DNA of 63,225 nt, the filler included, from Octopus bimaculoides (lineage: Eukaryota): assembly GCF_001194135.2 (NCBI RefSeq). It is 6 parts of 6 records of this genome, joined end to end, with 100 filler letters (N's around TTAATTAATTAA, not from the genome) between each part and the next. Parts side by side here need not be neighbours in the genome. Positions count along the whole stretch, not along the records: positions 1 to 12,328 come from NC_068989.1; 5 more parts are not named here. One strand, given 5' to 3'. Made by a program: the position numbers and the translations under genes. The notes under the pieces were generated by a model that saw nothing but the letters and a program-made list of their open reading frames with translations, was not told the DNA's origin and searched no databases. Of this stretch, positions 1 through 12,428 are shown piece after piece. Positions within the stretch are counted from its first letter, which is position 1, and each line of letters begins with the position of its first letter.

Positions 1-775
1 AATTATAAGATTACATCTCTCAACAGCTAAAAGCATTCTTTTGGGGTTTTAAAATTATTGTATTTATATTCAAATGTTTTTCATTAAATCAAACCTTTTT
101 TCTTTCTTATTTTTTCCTATATTTTTCATCATTCTGTCAAACACTTGGAATTACTATATGAAAGTATAGAGCAAAATTGGTAACTGGGTCAAAATGAATA
201 ATTTCTAATTTCTTGTTATATTCTCCATACCTGTTTGAAACTATTACATTGCAGTTATTGTATCCCCATTTTTTACCATTGCATCATCTTTGGGAGTTAA
301 AATTGGTCAGTATAGTTTATGTAGTTGTTGCTGAAGTTGAGAATTTGAAACATAGGTGACAGGTGCTTTTTTTTTCAAAAAAATTTCTTAAAAAAAAAGT
401 CTAAATTGGGGCAGAATGAGTAATGACTGATTTTAGTAATTACTTCTCTTTAACTGCATGGTACATAAATATATACAGGGAAGAAAGCTACTCCAGTAGA
501 TCGTGAAGAAGGTATAGAAGATACTTTATGTTGAGTTTTTAGATTTAGTTGGGTTTCATCCTGTGCTATTTTTCCATGAGCCTCTTTCATTTGACCAAGA
601 TATTTGTCTTCTATATGCTCAAAGAGAACAGTGATAATTTTCTGAAATAGTGTTCTGAATATGTTATAGGTTTTTCTGAATTTAGAGAAGGTCTTTACTT
701 AGTTTATATAGTTTTGGCAAGGTAGTGAGCATTTGTAAAAAATATATTTTCTTCAAAGTAAAAAAAATGCAGTAA

Positions 776-1149
776 ATATTACTCACCTAACCCCTACTGG
801 AAACTGGGAAGGTAGACTTTTGGAAATGGCTGTTTGAATTTTCCCATTTTTGTTAGGATTTTCCCTACTTTTTTTATTTGTTTTCATGCATTACAAAACA
901 ATGAAGGAAAAGACAAACTCCTCAAGTGGATGTGTGAAAAACGAAATTTGAATTTTGAAGTGTATCTATAAAGTGACATTTTCAGTCATTTATTTAAACT
1001 TTCTCTGCTAACTCATCAAATTCAATTACATGAAATAAATGGAGTTTGAGATTTAAATCTGGTAATTTTCTAAGATTTTAATTCTTGTGTATAAGGGGCC
1101 CACTATGCTTGAAGCACCCTGGGCCCTCGGTGACTTAAATCAGGTCCTG
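776..1149. mobile_element. Non-autonomous hAT-like element end, copy A
   Basis: Ends in gggccc...cttaaatcaggtcctg (rc caggacctgatttaag), resembling CAGGGCCGGATT-type hAT/Tip100 termini. Clearly homologous to 1572-2229. Confidence 0.55.
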
Positions 1150-1571
1150 CCAGCTTACAGGCTGCAGTTCATGGTCAGTTCAAGGACCTATTAAGGCTAT
1201 CTTATTCAGGCTGTTGTTTACATATGACAATAGAAAATTGGAATTTCTTTTGAGATTCTTTCATATATTTCATTCATTTGCCATATACTTTAATGCAAAG
1301 TGAAATGCAATAATGGGTACTACACACATTTAGTAGTAGTAGTAGTAACAATAATACTTTGCATAGGCACAATGTCTGAAATTTTGGGGGAGGTTACTTA
1401 ATTCATGAACCGCAAAAGGATAAAAGGTAAGTTGACCTCAGCAGAATTTGAACTTAGAATGTGAAGACATGAAATACCTCAAAGCTTTTTGTCTGGAGTA
1501 CTAACAACTCTGCTAGCTTGCCACTTCAAGAGTAATAATAATAATGATGATCATTTCTACGATAATGAGTA

Positions 1572-1772
1572 AATATTACTCATTGTGCACCACCTACCCC
1601 TACTGGAAACTGGAATAGCAAACTTTTGGAAGTAGCTGTTTGAATTTTCTCCTTTTTGTTGGAATTTCCCCCAGTTTATTTTTTTCATACCTTGCAAAAC
1701 AATGAAGGGAAGCTGTTTTTAAAGAATTTTTAAAATCCATGTCTTTTAAATGTTGGTGTCTCCACCCCACCC

Positions 1773-1818
<46 letters not shown>

Positions 1819-2229
1819 ATTATGCCTTTGGAACAGCAACAACCACAAAAAAAAATGATTTTTCTCTTTTTCATAATTTTCTGTCATTTTAACTTATTCT
1901 ACATTCTGAAACATTTGCAACTCACATTAAAAGAAAAAGGTCTTACTTGCCTCTTTCCTCCTTCATTGTACTTTTCACAATGAAAGAAAAGTCAAACACC
2001 TCAAGTGGATGTGTGAAAAACGAAATTTGAAATTGAAAAGGGTATCTACAATGCAACATTTCCAGTCATTTATTAAAACTTTCTCTGCTAACTCATCAAA
2101 TTCAGTTACATGAAATAGATGGATTTTGAGATTTAAATTTGGTAATTTTCTAAGATTCTAATTCTTGTGTATAAGGGACCCACTGATCTTGAAATGCTCT
2201 GGACCCCAAATGGTTTAAATCTGGTCCTG
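1572..2229. mobile_element. Non-autonomous hAT-like element end, copy B (longer)
   Basis: Colinear with 776-1149 except for about 270 extra bp containing (CA)n. Ends tttaaatctggtcctg. Confidence 0.55.
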
Positions 2230-3255
2230 TCAACAACAGCTCCTCGTTTTTGAGGGGTTTGAGAGGGAGGTTTTGCTTCCTCCTCTGTTCTATAACCTCC
2301 ACCTTCCTGTAACACCTTCCTCTTTGTATGTATTCTTTTAGGTTCCAAATGGAACCTACAGCTTTTTAGATTTGAGCCTTGGTGGCTCTTTCCACCCTCC
2401 TCGACTTTAATCCACTTGTGTGATATGTCTTTATGCAATGTACCATACTTTGGATAGAGTCGATGAGGGTGTTTAGTTTGACAGCCAACCCATCTAACTC
2501 AACCAGCATTTCTGACTTTCTCTGCAGAGAATCTTATTCTCTGAAGAGAGGACTTGGTGGCAGTAGCAAAAAAACGTCTAGTGCTATTTCAAGCTGGTTG
2601 CACCGGCTTCCTGCTCACTTCCTTTATCTTCATCATTGCTATCATTGTTGTTGTTGCTGTTATTGTTGTTGTTGTTGCTGTTATTGTTGTTGTTGCTACT
2701 GTTCCTGTTATTGTTGTTTGTTCTTGCATTGACACCACCTGTCGATTCACTCACAAAAGGGCTTTCATTGTTCACACTCTCATAGATGATATCTGGTTCT
2801 CTCTCTCTCTCTCTTTGTTGTGCTTGCAAAATAAAGTTGCTGCTGTGACCAGGGACATTGTTTTTTGAAAGATCCCTCAAAGGTTCTTTGTTGAAAAAAT
2901 TGGCTCTGTTGTCATTTTTATCTTTGTTTTCCAATAAAAACAGATTTGCTGTCTGTTTTTTTGAGATAGGGCAACACTCACACCCTCTCTTACTGTCATT
3001 TGGTGATGCTCCTCACTTTTTCCCCCTCTCTCACATATGAGCATCAGTGCATTCAGTTTAGATTTCTCCATGTTGAGAAAAAAAAGAAAATTTTTGACTG
3101 AAAATTAATTTAATTGACTTGTACCTCAAAACTGGGGGACAAAATAGGAAAAGAAACTCAGCAGTCGACAGCAATGAACTTGTTGTTCATGATGATATAT
3201 ATTACAAAGATGTAAACAATTATTCTGTGCTCTTCCTTACAAGCTGACGGCCATA

Positions 3256-3295
<40 letters not shown>

Positions 3296-3296
<1 letters not shown>

Positions 3297-3765
3297 GGAA
3301 AGCAGAACATAGAAATACTTCACCAACAGATAATGTGCCCAGTGAGAATAGAAAAATGAAAGGCGGCAGTGAAGAAGTAGAGCAAAGTGTAAATGTAAAT
3401 GCATTCTCAGCAAATGAAGTAATAGTAATAGGAAGAGCTATATCACAAGAATACAATGATGACCAATAAGACATAATGAGGTGCTGATATATACTGACCA
3501 GGATCAAGCACTCCTCAATCTGAGGTACATTCACCAACGCAAGCTCAAGGTTTAAACCAAAAAGATAGATTTGGTTCTTGGGCTATTCCAGATGAGAAAT
3601 ATAACTGAAACTAACAAGATTATTTGAACTGCAGCTATGGTTGCTGCAGATAGAATTGGCTACAAAAGAAAAGAACAAACAGAAGGTGAAGAACCATACT
3701 GGCATAGACAAATTTGTGAGAAACAAACAAAGTTAAAAAGATATTTAGGACAAGTTGATAGATTG
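3296..3765 (+). mobile_element. R4/Dong-type non-LTR retrotransposon, 5' part (degenerate)
   Basis: Follows (TAA)n. Frame 3601-3765 reads ITETNKII*TAAMVAADRIGYKRKEQTEGEEPYWHRQICEKQTKLKRYLGQVDRL, typical of the pre-RT region of R4/Dong ORFs. Confidence 0.8.
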
Positions 3766-6700
3766 TGTTTTGGAAGAATGGACTAGCTGAACTTTTATAA
3801 AGAGTAGTGTATTGGTTGAGACAAGAGGTCAATAGGAGTTGTTTTGGAGTCTCACATAGTACATCATGTGAACACATTGATTTTACCTCCGCATCGTTAA
3901 ATTAAATATCCAACGCTTGTCAAGGATATAAAAGTGGCGATGAGATATTCAAAGCTTGCATCGGACGCTAGAATTTCTTTTTTGTAATGAAATCAAAGAA
4001 AAATATCAGTTAACATGGAAGACTTACTGGCTTGTGTGGTGCAGTTGCAACAGCAACAACAGCAGATATGAAGAAATCTTCAAAGAAGAATGTAAAAACT
4101 GGAATGATGAGAAGAAGGCGTGACTACTTTTACTGTAATATAATACTGTAATTAAATTCTGCTGAAGAAACCAGGTGAGATTTGTTTCGATGAATCAATT
4201 AATTTATTATTGAGAATTTTTAGTGAAAGAAGTTCCCTCTTCAATATTTGTTGGCAGTGTTTAAATTTAGTTAAAAAAGATGATAAAGATTTTGTCACCT
4301 ACGCTGGGGTTGTTAACAGAGAGTGTGACAAATTCAAATTAAATGAATTAACCCTGGATTTGTTCAAATGCCTAATTTTTGTTCAAGAAAAGATGCTGAT
4401 ATACATTCCTGTATATTAACAAAATTAGAACAGGACCAAAAATTAACTCTACAGGCAGTGACTGAAGAATGCCAGAGGAGTGTGAATTTAAGACATGACA
4501 TGGATAAAATTGAAGAAAAAGATTGCTCTCAGATACATGCGTGTCGACCTGAAACATAAAAAAAAAGGAAAAACGAACATCAAGATCAAATCCATAGGAG
4601 ATTTACATTTTATAAGTAATTGTCCTTTTAAAAATCGTAAATGTTTTGAGTGTAGAAAAATCAAACATAAAAGCTCACATTTTATAGCAAAACAAAAAGA
4701 AAGGGTCATACAAAAAAAATTCTAGAAAGAATGTATTGTTACCAAAAATTCTAAGTGAGACTCAGAAAAGAAAATTTGTGTCAATAAAATTGAATAATGT
4801 GAATATTAAGTTACAGTTGGATACGGGCAATGATATCACGATAATTAATACAGATACGTGGAGAAAAATAGGAAAACCTAAATTAAAGGAAACTTCGAAA
4901 ATTGCATGAGGTGTTTCAAGAAAAAAATTGCATTTTATGGACAAAATGATAAGTGATGTTACATTTCGTGGAAAAAACTTGGAAGCCTTTTTTTTGTGTT
5001 GAAAAATACAACAAATTTATTTGGAACACACTAAACGGAACTATTTGACTTATGGGATTTTCCCATAAATATTTTTTGCAAGAATGTGAATGGTTCTTCT
5101 GCCAGTACAAATAAGGCATTGGACGATTTAAAAAGAAAATTTAAAAAATGTTTTTCTTGAAGTTTTTTCTGATGAATTGGCACCAAAACTGAGGTGAAGT
5201 TTCAAGTAAAAGAAAACGCTATACTGGTATTTAAACCAAAAAGAACGGTACCTTTCACACCGTTGAAACAAGTCAATGAAGAATTGGATAGACTTGAAAA
5301 GCTTGGCATTATTGAAAAAAGTGGTTACACAAAATGGGTGTCTCCAACAGTTTTTGTCAAGAAAAAAAAAAAAAATTCTGAGTATGCACTGATTTTTCAA
5401 CTGGATTAAATGAATGTTTGATGCTGTATAATTACACGTTACCAAGTTCGGAGGAAATTTTCGTGAAGTTGAATGGAGGAAATCTTTGTAAAGTTGAGTG
5501 GAGGAAATTTTTTTCAAAGTTGGACCTATCTGAAACTTATTTGCAGGTAAAGTCGATGAGGAATGTTCAAAATTATTGACAATAAATACCCATAAAGGGT
5601 TGTATAAATGTAATCGACTCCCCTTTGGTATAAAGGTAACACCTGGCATTTTCCAACTAGTTATGGACATTATGCTTGCAGGTTCAGATGTCGCTGTAGC
5701 TTACCTTGATGACATACTCATAAAAAGTGAATCTCAGGGTCAGCATGCTGAGCATGTTAAAAAGGTCTTTGAAGAAATAAAAGATTGTGGTTTTAAGTTC
5801 AGTTAGGAAAAGAGAATTTTTTTATGCCAAGGGTAGATTATTTAAGTTCAGCGAGGAAAAGTGAATCTTTTATGCCAAAGGCAGATTATTGATGAAAACG
5901 GATGCTGACCAGACCCATCTAGGGTGAGTGCAATAAAAAAAGGCCTCCCCCAACAAACATTAAAACGTTACAAGCATTTTGGGGGCTTGCAAATTACTTC
6001 CAGGTATACATACCAAATAGGCAAGATTTAAGAGCACCCCTGAATAACTTGCTAAAAAAAGATGTTAAGTGGAATTGGTTGGACAAATGCCAAAATCCTT
6101 TTGAAGAAATTGAAAATGTCTTAATGTCAGAATTGTAGTTATCACATTTTGACCTGAGTCCATGCTTTGTGTTCATTATTGCTAGCTGAGAAAAGTTACA
6201 GTAAAAAAACCATCATATTTGCAGCAAAAAATTCCATAAATTTATACATTGAAGAAGATTCCGTCTGCAGACAGAGCACCACCCATTATTGTCGATCTAT
6301 GGACCAAAAAAGGGTATCCCTACACATACAGCCAACAGATTGCAGTGCTGGGGAATGATCCTACTGAATTATGACTTCAAAATGGAGTATTTGCCATCAG
6401 AAAAATTGGGACATGCAGAAAATATATTGTGCAATGTTGTGCATGAATTGCCTGTCACATTGGAGGAAATAAAAATTAAGGCAGAGACGGACGAATTTAT
6501 CCTAAAAATGAAAAAATAGTGAAATCAGAAGAAACAAATAAAAAAAAATGCATGTGTCTGGACATAACATAGTTTCGAGTTTGTATTCGATATGTGATAA
6601 TGTGCATATGTATGCACAGAGGGTCATAATGCCTACCTCACTACAAGGTCGAATGTTAAAGGAATTCCACACTGGACAACCAGGAATTTCTAGAATGAAT

Positions 6701-7975
6701 TTGTTAATGAGGAGTTATGTTTACTTGCTAATAATGGATCTAGATATTGAGAAGTTGGTAAAATTCTGCAGAGGTTGTGCTCTAGCAGCGAAGTCACCAC
6801 CTATAAAATTTCAACCTTGGTCCAAGACTGATATTCCATGGTCCAGACTACACATAAACTTTGCAGGACCATTAAACCAATCATATTATCTAATAGTGAT
6901 GTTGGAACTGATCATAGCTTTACTAGATGACCAGAAATATGTAAATGTAGAAAACCGACATCCATGGTAACAATGGAATTCCTACACAAACTTTCTGCTA
7001 GGTGTGGTGTCCCAGATACACAATTCACAGCAAATGAATTTAAGAATTTTTGCAAGATGTACTCAATTGAACATATCACTACTCCTCTGTATCACCCAAG
7101 ATTAAATGGACAAGTGGAAAGGTTTGTGGATACATTTAAAAGAGCATTAAAGAAATCAAGAAACGAGCTAGTTGATGATGCAGCATTGATACAATTCTTG
7201 AGGGTTTATAGGATAACAGCAACCCAAACACTTTTTCAGGCAAGCCACCTATGGGAACTAATGTTTGCTTAAAAGATAAAGTCAAATTTTGACAAGCTGC
7301 TACTAGTAAGAAAAACAAATAGGGAAAACACTAAAAATACGACAAAGCATTTTAATATCAGTGACAAGGTGTTTTTCAAAATATATAAAAATGTATCACA
7401 AGGTAGGGAAGATGGAGTAGTAACAAAAAGAATAGGCAAAATGGCATATATGATAAGAGGTGAAAAATGGGAACACAAAATTCATTTAAACCAGTTAAAA
7501 AATAGATATAGGGAAAAAAGAAAAGAGATACCCATGGATGTGTTGTATGACATTTTTGATGTCACAAGAAATCGAACCTAGTCATAGCAGCACAAGAAAG
7601 AAGAAACAAACAGAATTGTTGGAAGAAGCAAATAGAACTGTCGGAAGAAATATTGCACTTCTCTTGGAGAAAAATCTCAAAAAGGGAGATGTGATAAAAG
7701 AAAAAGAAATAGATAATAATAATAATAATATTATCTTCAAATGTAAGTCAATCTCGAAGGGGGAGATATTGTGGCAAGAGACACTGACACCCCTGGGAGA
7801 CTGGCATAATGGACTAGCCAAACTTATATAAAGACTAATGTATTAGTTGAGACAAAAAGTGGATAGGAGTCATTGAGAGGGTGTTTTGGAGTCTTGCGAA
7901 GTACGTCACATGAGCACATTGACTTTACCTCCGAACCATTAAATTATATATCCTACATTTGTCTAGGATATAAAA
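3766..7975 (+). mobile_element. Gypsy (Mag/K02A2.6-like) LTR retrotransposon, full span, decayed
   Basis: LTRs at about 3766-3933 and 7769-7975. PBS-like TGGCGATGAG at 3935, PPT aaggggaga before the 3' LTR, 5-bp TSD GATTG (3761-3765 and 7976-7980). Remnants of gag, protease (LQLDTG), RT (RLPFGI...AYLDDILI), RNase H and integrase (H-H-C-C region, PWSRLHINFAGP), with many stops and frameshifts. Confidence 0.93.
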
Positions 7976-8940
7976 GATTGAGAAGAAGGAAATTGCAGAA
8001 CAAAAGCATAAGAATAATGCTGGAAAGAACATATAGAATAAGAGATTAAGGTTATACTGTGATATTGGAAGAATTGAAACAAAGAGTAGTAGCAATCAAA
8101 GCAAAACTGGAAATATATCATCATCATCATCAAGAGAAAAAGACAGTTCAGGAAAAAAGATTGTTTGAAGCAAATCAGAAGAAACTGTTCCTGCAACTAG
8201 ATGGGCAAATACACGTAACAGTGATACCAGACGTAGAGGAGAACAAGGCATTCTGGAGAGGGATCAGGGACCAACCTGTAGAGCATAATGATGAAGCGGA
8301 GTGGCTGCATGAATCCAAGATAGGTTAAGAAACATAGAAGTTCAAGAAGACATAAAGATAACTACAGAAATGATAAAAAAGCAGTTAAGAAAATTCCCAA
8401 ACTGGAAGAGCCCAGGACCAGATGAAGAAGCTAAGAAAGCTCTGTTGTCTTATAATCAAATTATTTTAAAAACAAACTTCTAATTTTCTTATGTTTTGAC
8501 AGGCATTCTCAAGAACAATACTCTGTGCAAAACCAAAAACATGGTACTCTAGTCATAACACCAACTTGAACATTTAATTTGTCTCTTGAGATCTCAGGAT
8601 GAGATCTTGAGTCAAATTGTACAAATACAAAGCAAAAACCAAACATATGATGATGATGATGATGATGTAACAACCAAGTTCGAGAAATATGTCAGAGAAA
8701 TCAGCAGTCATATGAAAAGGAGCAGGCTCAAAAAGCTACTCTGCTAGGGACAGCTAGGATTTTGATAGTGGTACTTGAGTGTTGAATGTCTACCATGATA
8801 ATTAACAACCAATTATTAAAGCTTATAATGTTCGGAAAGAGATCCTGTGAGACCTCTGATATCAGGCCACTGTCCACTTACACAGAATCAACCAGAGCGC
8901 TATGAGAACTAATAATAATGATAATAATGATAATGATAAT
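7976..8940 (+). mobile_element. R4/Dong-type LINE, continuation with internal deletion and 3' end
   Basis: RRRKLQNK...ILEELKQRVVAIKAKL...LFEANQKKLF...NWKSPGPD, then a jump to the endonuclease C-terminus AQKATLLGTARIL (8668-8780) and an (AAT)-like tail. 8500-8655 is a 3' UTR of another Dong subfamily. Confidence 0.85.
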
Positions 8941-8961
8941 AATTCTTAAACATACACGATA

Positions 8962-9935
8962 TCTATATCTATATAGCTGAGTTTGTGAGTGTGTGTGTGT
9001 GTGTGTGTGTGTTGCATCTATAGAAATCCACACCTTACAAGATAGCAATCTGGGAGTCGCACCAATGGATTCCTCATGGTCGAAAATGCCTGGAATCGGC
9101 TATTTGTTTTTTATTCGTTGCTTCCTAAAACGTGAATTTTTGCATTAAAAATAATTTTAGCCCATAAATTCTAACAAGTTTCAAGTCGCTATTATTTGCA
9201 AACATGAGTTCAGTCCCCTTCTAGCGACGGTGCAAAAACAGAGAGCAACAGAGATAACAGATATGTTAACTTTAACTTTATTTCTATTTTAGTGTATTAC
9301 AGATAAAACTTTTTAAGTGAGTTGGGTGTTTTTTCTCAAGTATCTAATGAATTATTTGATATAATGGTGTCGTTTTCATCTACCTACTTTACATCATAAT
9401 AGTTACTTATTTTTTAATTTATATGTATATGTGAGATAGTAATGATTACATCGTAATATTTGTTTACTTTTCACTTTATCGATTAAATCCGTTCCTTCTT
9501 TTGATATTATTTTTAATATTGTATCTGAACCCCATTACTAAGTTAATTTATTATAATTTTTCTTAAACTTTGATAGCTGCAATCTGAATGTAACCTAATT
9601 TATTTTACTTATTATTATTTATTATCTCTAGTTTATATTCTCTAGTTTATCTGGTATATAATAAACGTGAAGTTGTGGATCTGTGTGAAGCCTTTTTAAA
9701 AGTTTATAGAAATCCACATTTTCCACTTTTTCGTAAAAATTTTTACATCAATGGAATTTTCTCGATGTGAACTTTCCAGTGCAGTAATTAGATTTTTAAA
9801 ATTCCGTTTACTTTGGGTGATTTAAAGGAGATTTGACTGTTGTTTCTAGCAACTTTTATATTTCTTCCCTTCTACCTGTAACAGTGTTCTTATACACATA
9901 TATCACGCGCTCAACATAAAATATAGAGTAAGAGT

Positions 9936-9993
<58 letters not shown>

Positions 9994-11144
9994 AAGGGAT
10001 ACATACAAAGTCTTCTTTCTTTTTCCTCTCTCCCATTTAATAGTTTTCTTGTATCCGTCTACCTCTAACATTTTTCATAACATAGAAACGTAAAAACACA
10101 CACAACCACACATACGTGATCTGTGACAACAACATACACATAAACACATACACACATCAACATTATAGATATAAGATTTACTTTGTGTGTGTTTGTTATA
10201 TAAAGACGCGCACGCATTGCTATTTTATAACTGTCTTCCGTTCTCCCTTCCTCTCTTTCTCTCTCTTCATTGCTCCCGTTCTCTATTCCTTTTTCCCCCT
10301 CTCTCTCTTTTCCTCTCTCCCTATTTTCTCTCGCTCTCTCACACGCATACACATGCAAGTACATCATTCACTAAAATATAACTCATGTTCGTCAATGTTT
10401 TGTAAATATACCACGATTTTCATTAGGGTGTTAGGGTCAGGGTTAGGGTTACGGTTAGGGTTACAGTTAGGGTTAGGATTAGTGATACGGTTACAGTTTT
10501 AGGTTCAGGGTTAGGATTTTAGGGTTAGGGTTAGTATTAGGGTTAGGGTTTTGTAATCGTGTGGGTGTTAATCTGAAAAATTACAGAAATGTGAAAAGTA
10601 CCGACCCTGCCATCTATTATAACTTTTGTTGTTTTGTTTAATATATACATAGATTATGCCTCCAAAGAAGAGAGTTTGCTGGGAAAAGAAAGCAACCGGT
10701 TTAAAATGACAGCAACAGACTGCAGCAATTCACCACATTCCAGAAGCTACTTTGAACATAATGCAAAATGGTGCATCAACATCTTCTGCCCAATCTGATG
10801 GAATTCTGATCGCCAGCAATTGCTTCATCACAAATTGCTGTCCTAGCTCCTGCTAAAAGGGATTACCCTGCTATGTATAATCAGGGCAGCGCAAAAAGTT
10901 GTTTTGCACAAGCATTTCTATAGCCAATTAGACGGATGAAATTTATGTACGCTTAATAATGTTACGCAAAATAGCCTTCAGACTTTCCCTATTAATTTCA
11001 TCGTCTTTTGAATTCTGAACATATTTACATCATAAGGGTTTATTCATTGCAAGGCTTTCTTTTTTTAGTTGATTTTCACCTAGCAAGACTTATCGTAGAT
11101 GGCGTAATAAATCACACCCGGACAACGTCGGGTTATACTGCTAG
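8962..11144 (+). mobile_element. Non-autonomous Helitron
   Basis: 5' end A|TCTATATCTATATA. 3' hairpin acccggacaacgtcgggt (11116-11133) followed by CTAG|T at 11141-11145. Inserted between A and T. Internal MPPKKR stub near 10657. Confidence 0.75.
10410..10552 (+). repeat. Degenerate interstitial (TTAGGG)n telomere-like array
   Basis: Visible ttaggg/ggttaggg units with variants (ttacgg, ttacag, tcaggg). Confidence 0.9.
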
Positions 11145-11460
11145 TAGTCTATAAATTTAGGATGTTTTTGAAAGATAATATATTTTATCATCAGAATATA
11201 TATACTTTCTCACACCACAATGAAATCGTTCATCTTTCTCCCTCCGCCCCCACACACAAAAATTAGTTAGAGCGTGGAAGATTTTTGTTTTTGTTTTTTC
11301 TTAAAATGCTGGTATGAAGCTGTAAAACTTTGAGAGAGAGAGAGAGAAAGAGAAAGAGAGGACAGAGAGAGAGGGGAGAGAGGACAGAGAGAGAGGTGAG
11401 AGAGATCAGAAACATAAAAATAAGAACACGACATTTGCTGACCTGTCGTTTAACTGAAAG

Positions 11461-12060
11461 GATGTCCTGCGCCTCTTGCGAATACAAATATATTTCCATC
11501 CGTAACTTTGTTGAGGAAGACGGAAAAGCTACAGAATTCCTTCGGAATCATGGCGTCCTTCCCACTTCTGTAACATGTCCTCGATGTGGAAACGAACAAG
11601 GACCAACATGTCTGGCGATGTAGAAAAAGTTACACTGTCGCCAAATCGAAAAAGCGGCGTCAGTGTGACTATTCTATATCGGACTTTCATGGTTCCTTTC
11701 TTCATAATGCATGCATTCCTCCATGGAAACTCATACACTTTGTGAATGAATTTCTGCATGCTTCATGGATGCATTACACAGTCATGGAAAACCTGGAATT
11801 GGGTTCAGCAACTAGTGTGAACTGGAAATCGTTTTGTTCCAAAGTCACGGAAAAGTAGCTTCAATCTCAGGAACCGATTGGCTGCGAATCACTCGAAGTC
11901 GAAATTGAGGAGACTTTGATTGTTCATCGTAAATACGGGAAGGGTCGAATTCTGAGCCAAATTTGGTTGTTTGTTGGAATAGAGTGAACCAGTAAGCGTC
12001 GTTTTGTTGTGCCTCTTGTAGTGAAAAAACTGAAAGAACGGTTGGTCCTATATCTGGCAC
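11461..12060 (+). mobile_element. Merlin (IS1595-like) transposase remnant, N-terminal half
   Basis: MSCASC...FLRNHGVLPTSVTCPRCG...WRCRK zinc-ribbon region, then EPIGCESLEVEIEETLIVHRKYGKGRILSQIWLFVGIE*, matching the Merlin/IS1595 EIDE...RKYxxGR...WxFGGIER motif. One frameshift and two stops; truncated at about 12060. Confidence 0.85.
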
Positions 12061-12094
12061 TTAGTCACCATTTAAGTGAAGCTGTGTGAACAGA

Positions 12095-12162
12095 ATCATG
12101 TCGGGTCACCAGTTATAAGAATTGGATGAGATATGATGGCTCGGCCATATCTCCCCAATACA
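12095..12162 (-). mobile_element. Gypsy-like mini-LTR remnant plus PBS
   Basis: rc reads TGTATTGGGG...CTTATAAC-TGGTGACCCGACATGAT, resembling a TGGTGACCCCGACGTGAT-type Gypsy primer-binding site. Confidence 0.5.
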
Positions 12163-12372
12163 TAATATATACATACATATATATACATAATACATATACA
12201 TACCTACATATATATACATTCATGCATATATATATACATACATATATATATACATACATATATATACATATACATATATACATATACATACATACATATA
12301 TACATATATATACACATATATACATATANNNNNNNNNNNNNNNNNNNNNNNNNNNNNNNNNNNNNNNNNNNN

Positions 12373-12384
12373 TTAATTAATTAA
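12373..12384. other. Assembly gap spacer TTAATTAATTAA (also 34000-34011, 39837-39848, 48383-48394, 60591-60602)
   Basis: Each sits in the centre of 44 N + 12 + 44 N = 100-bp placeholder gaps. An artefact, not genomic sequence. Confidence 0.95.
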
Positions 12385-12428
12385 NNNNNNNNNNNNNNNN
12401 NNNNNNNNNNNNNNNNNNNNNNNNNNNN

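Noticed and set aside
453-641. AG-preceded 63-codon minus-strand frame (KIITVLFEHIEDKYLGQMKEAH...) as the next NF-kappaB exon
   Set aside because: It starts in phase 0 where phase 1 is needed, and it has no similarity to RHD, IPT or ankyrin sequence that I can recognise.
1661-1670. Canonical kappaB site (rc GGGAAATTCC), a near-site at 856-865 and GGGATTTTCC at 5054-5063 as autoregulatory elements
   Set aside because: A rough estimate gives about two GGGRNNYYCC matches by chance in a window of this size and composition. All lie in TE sequence, and there is no cluster.
2230-3071. Fragmented minus-strand ORFs with possible gag or zinc-knuckle character
   Set aside because: Cys/His spacing does not fit CX2CX4HX4C without several assumed mutations; left unclassified.
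10410-10552. True telomere or chromosome end
   Set aside because: Short, degenerate, internal and flanked by TE sequence on both sides.
12373-12384. Recurrent TTAATTAATTAA motif (five copies)
   Set aside because: Always centred in 100-bp N gaps; it is an assembler spacer, not biology.
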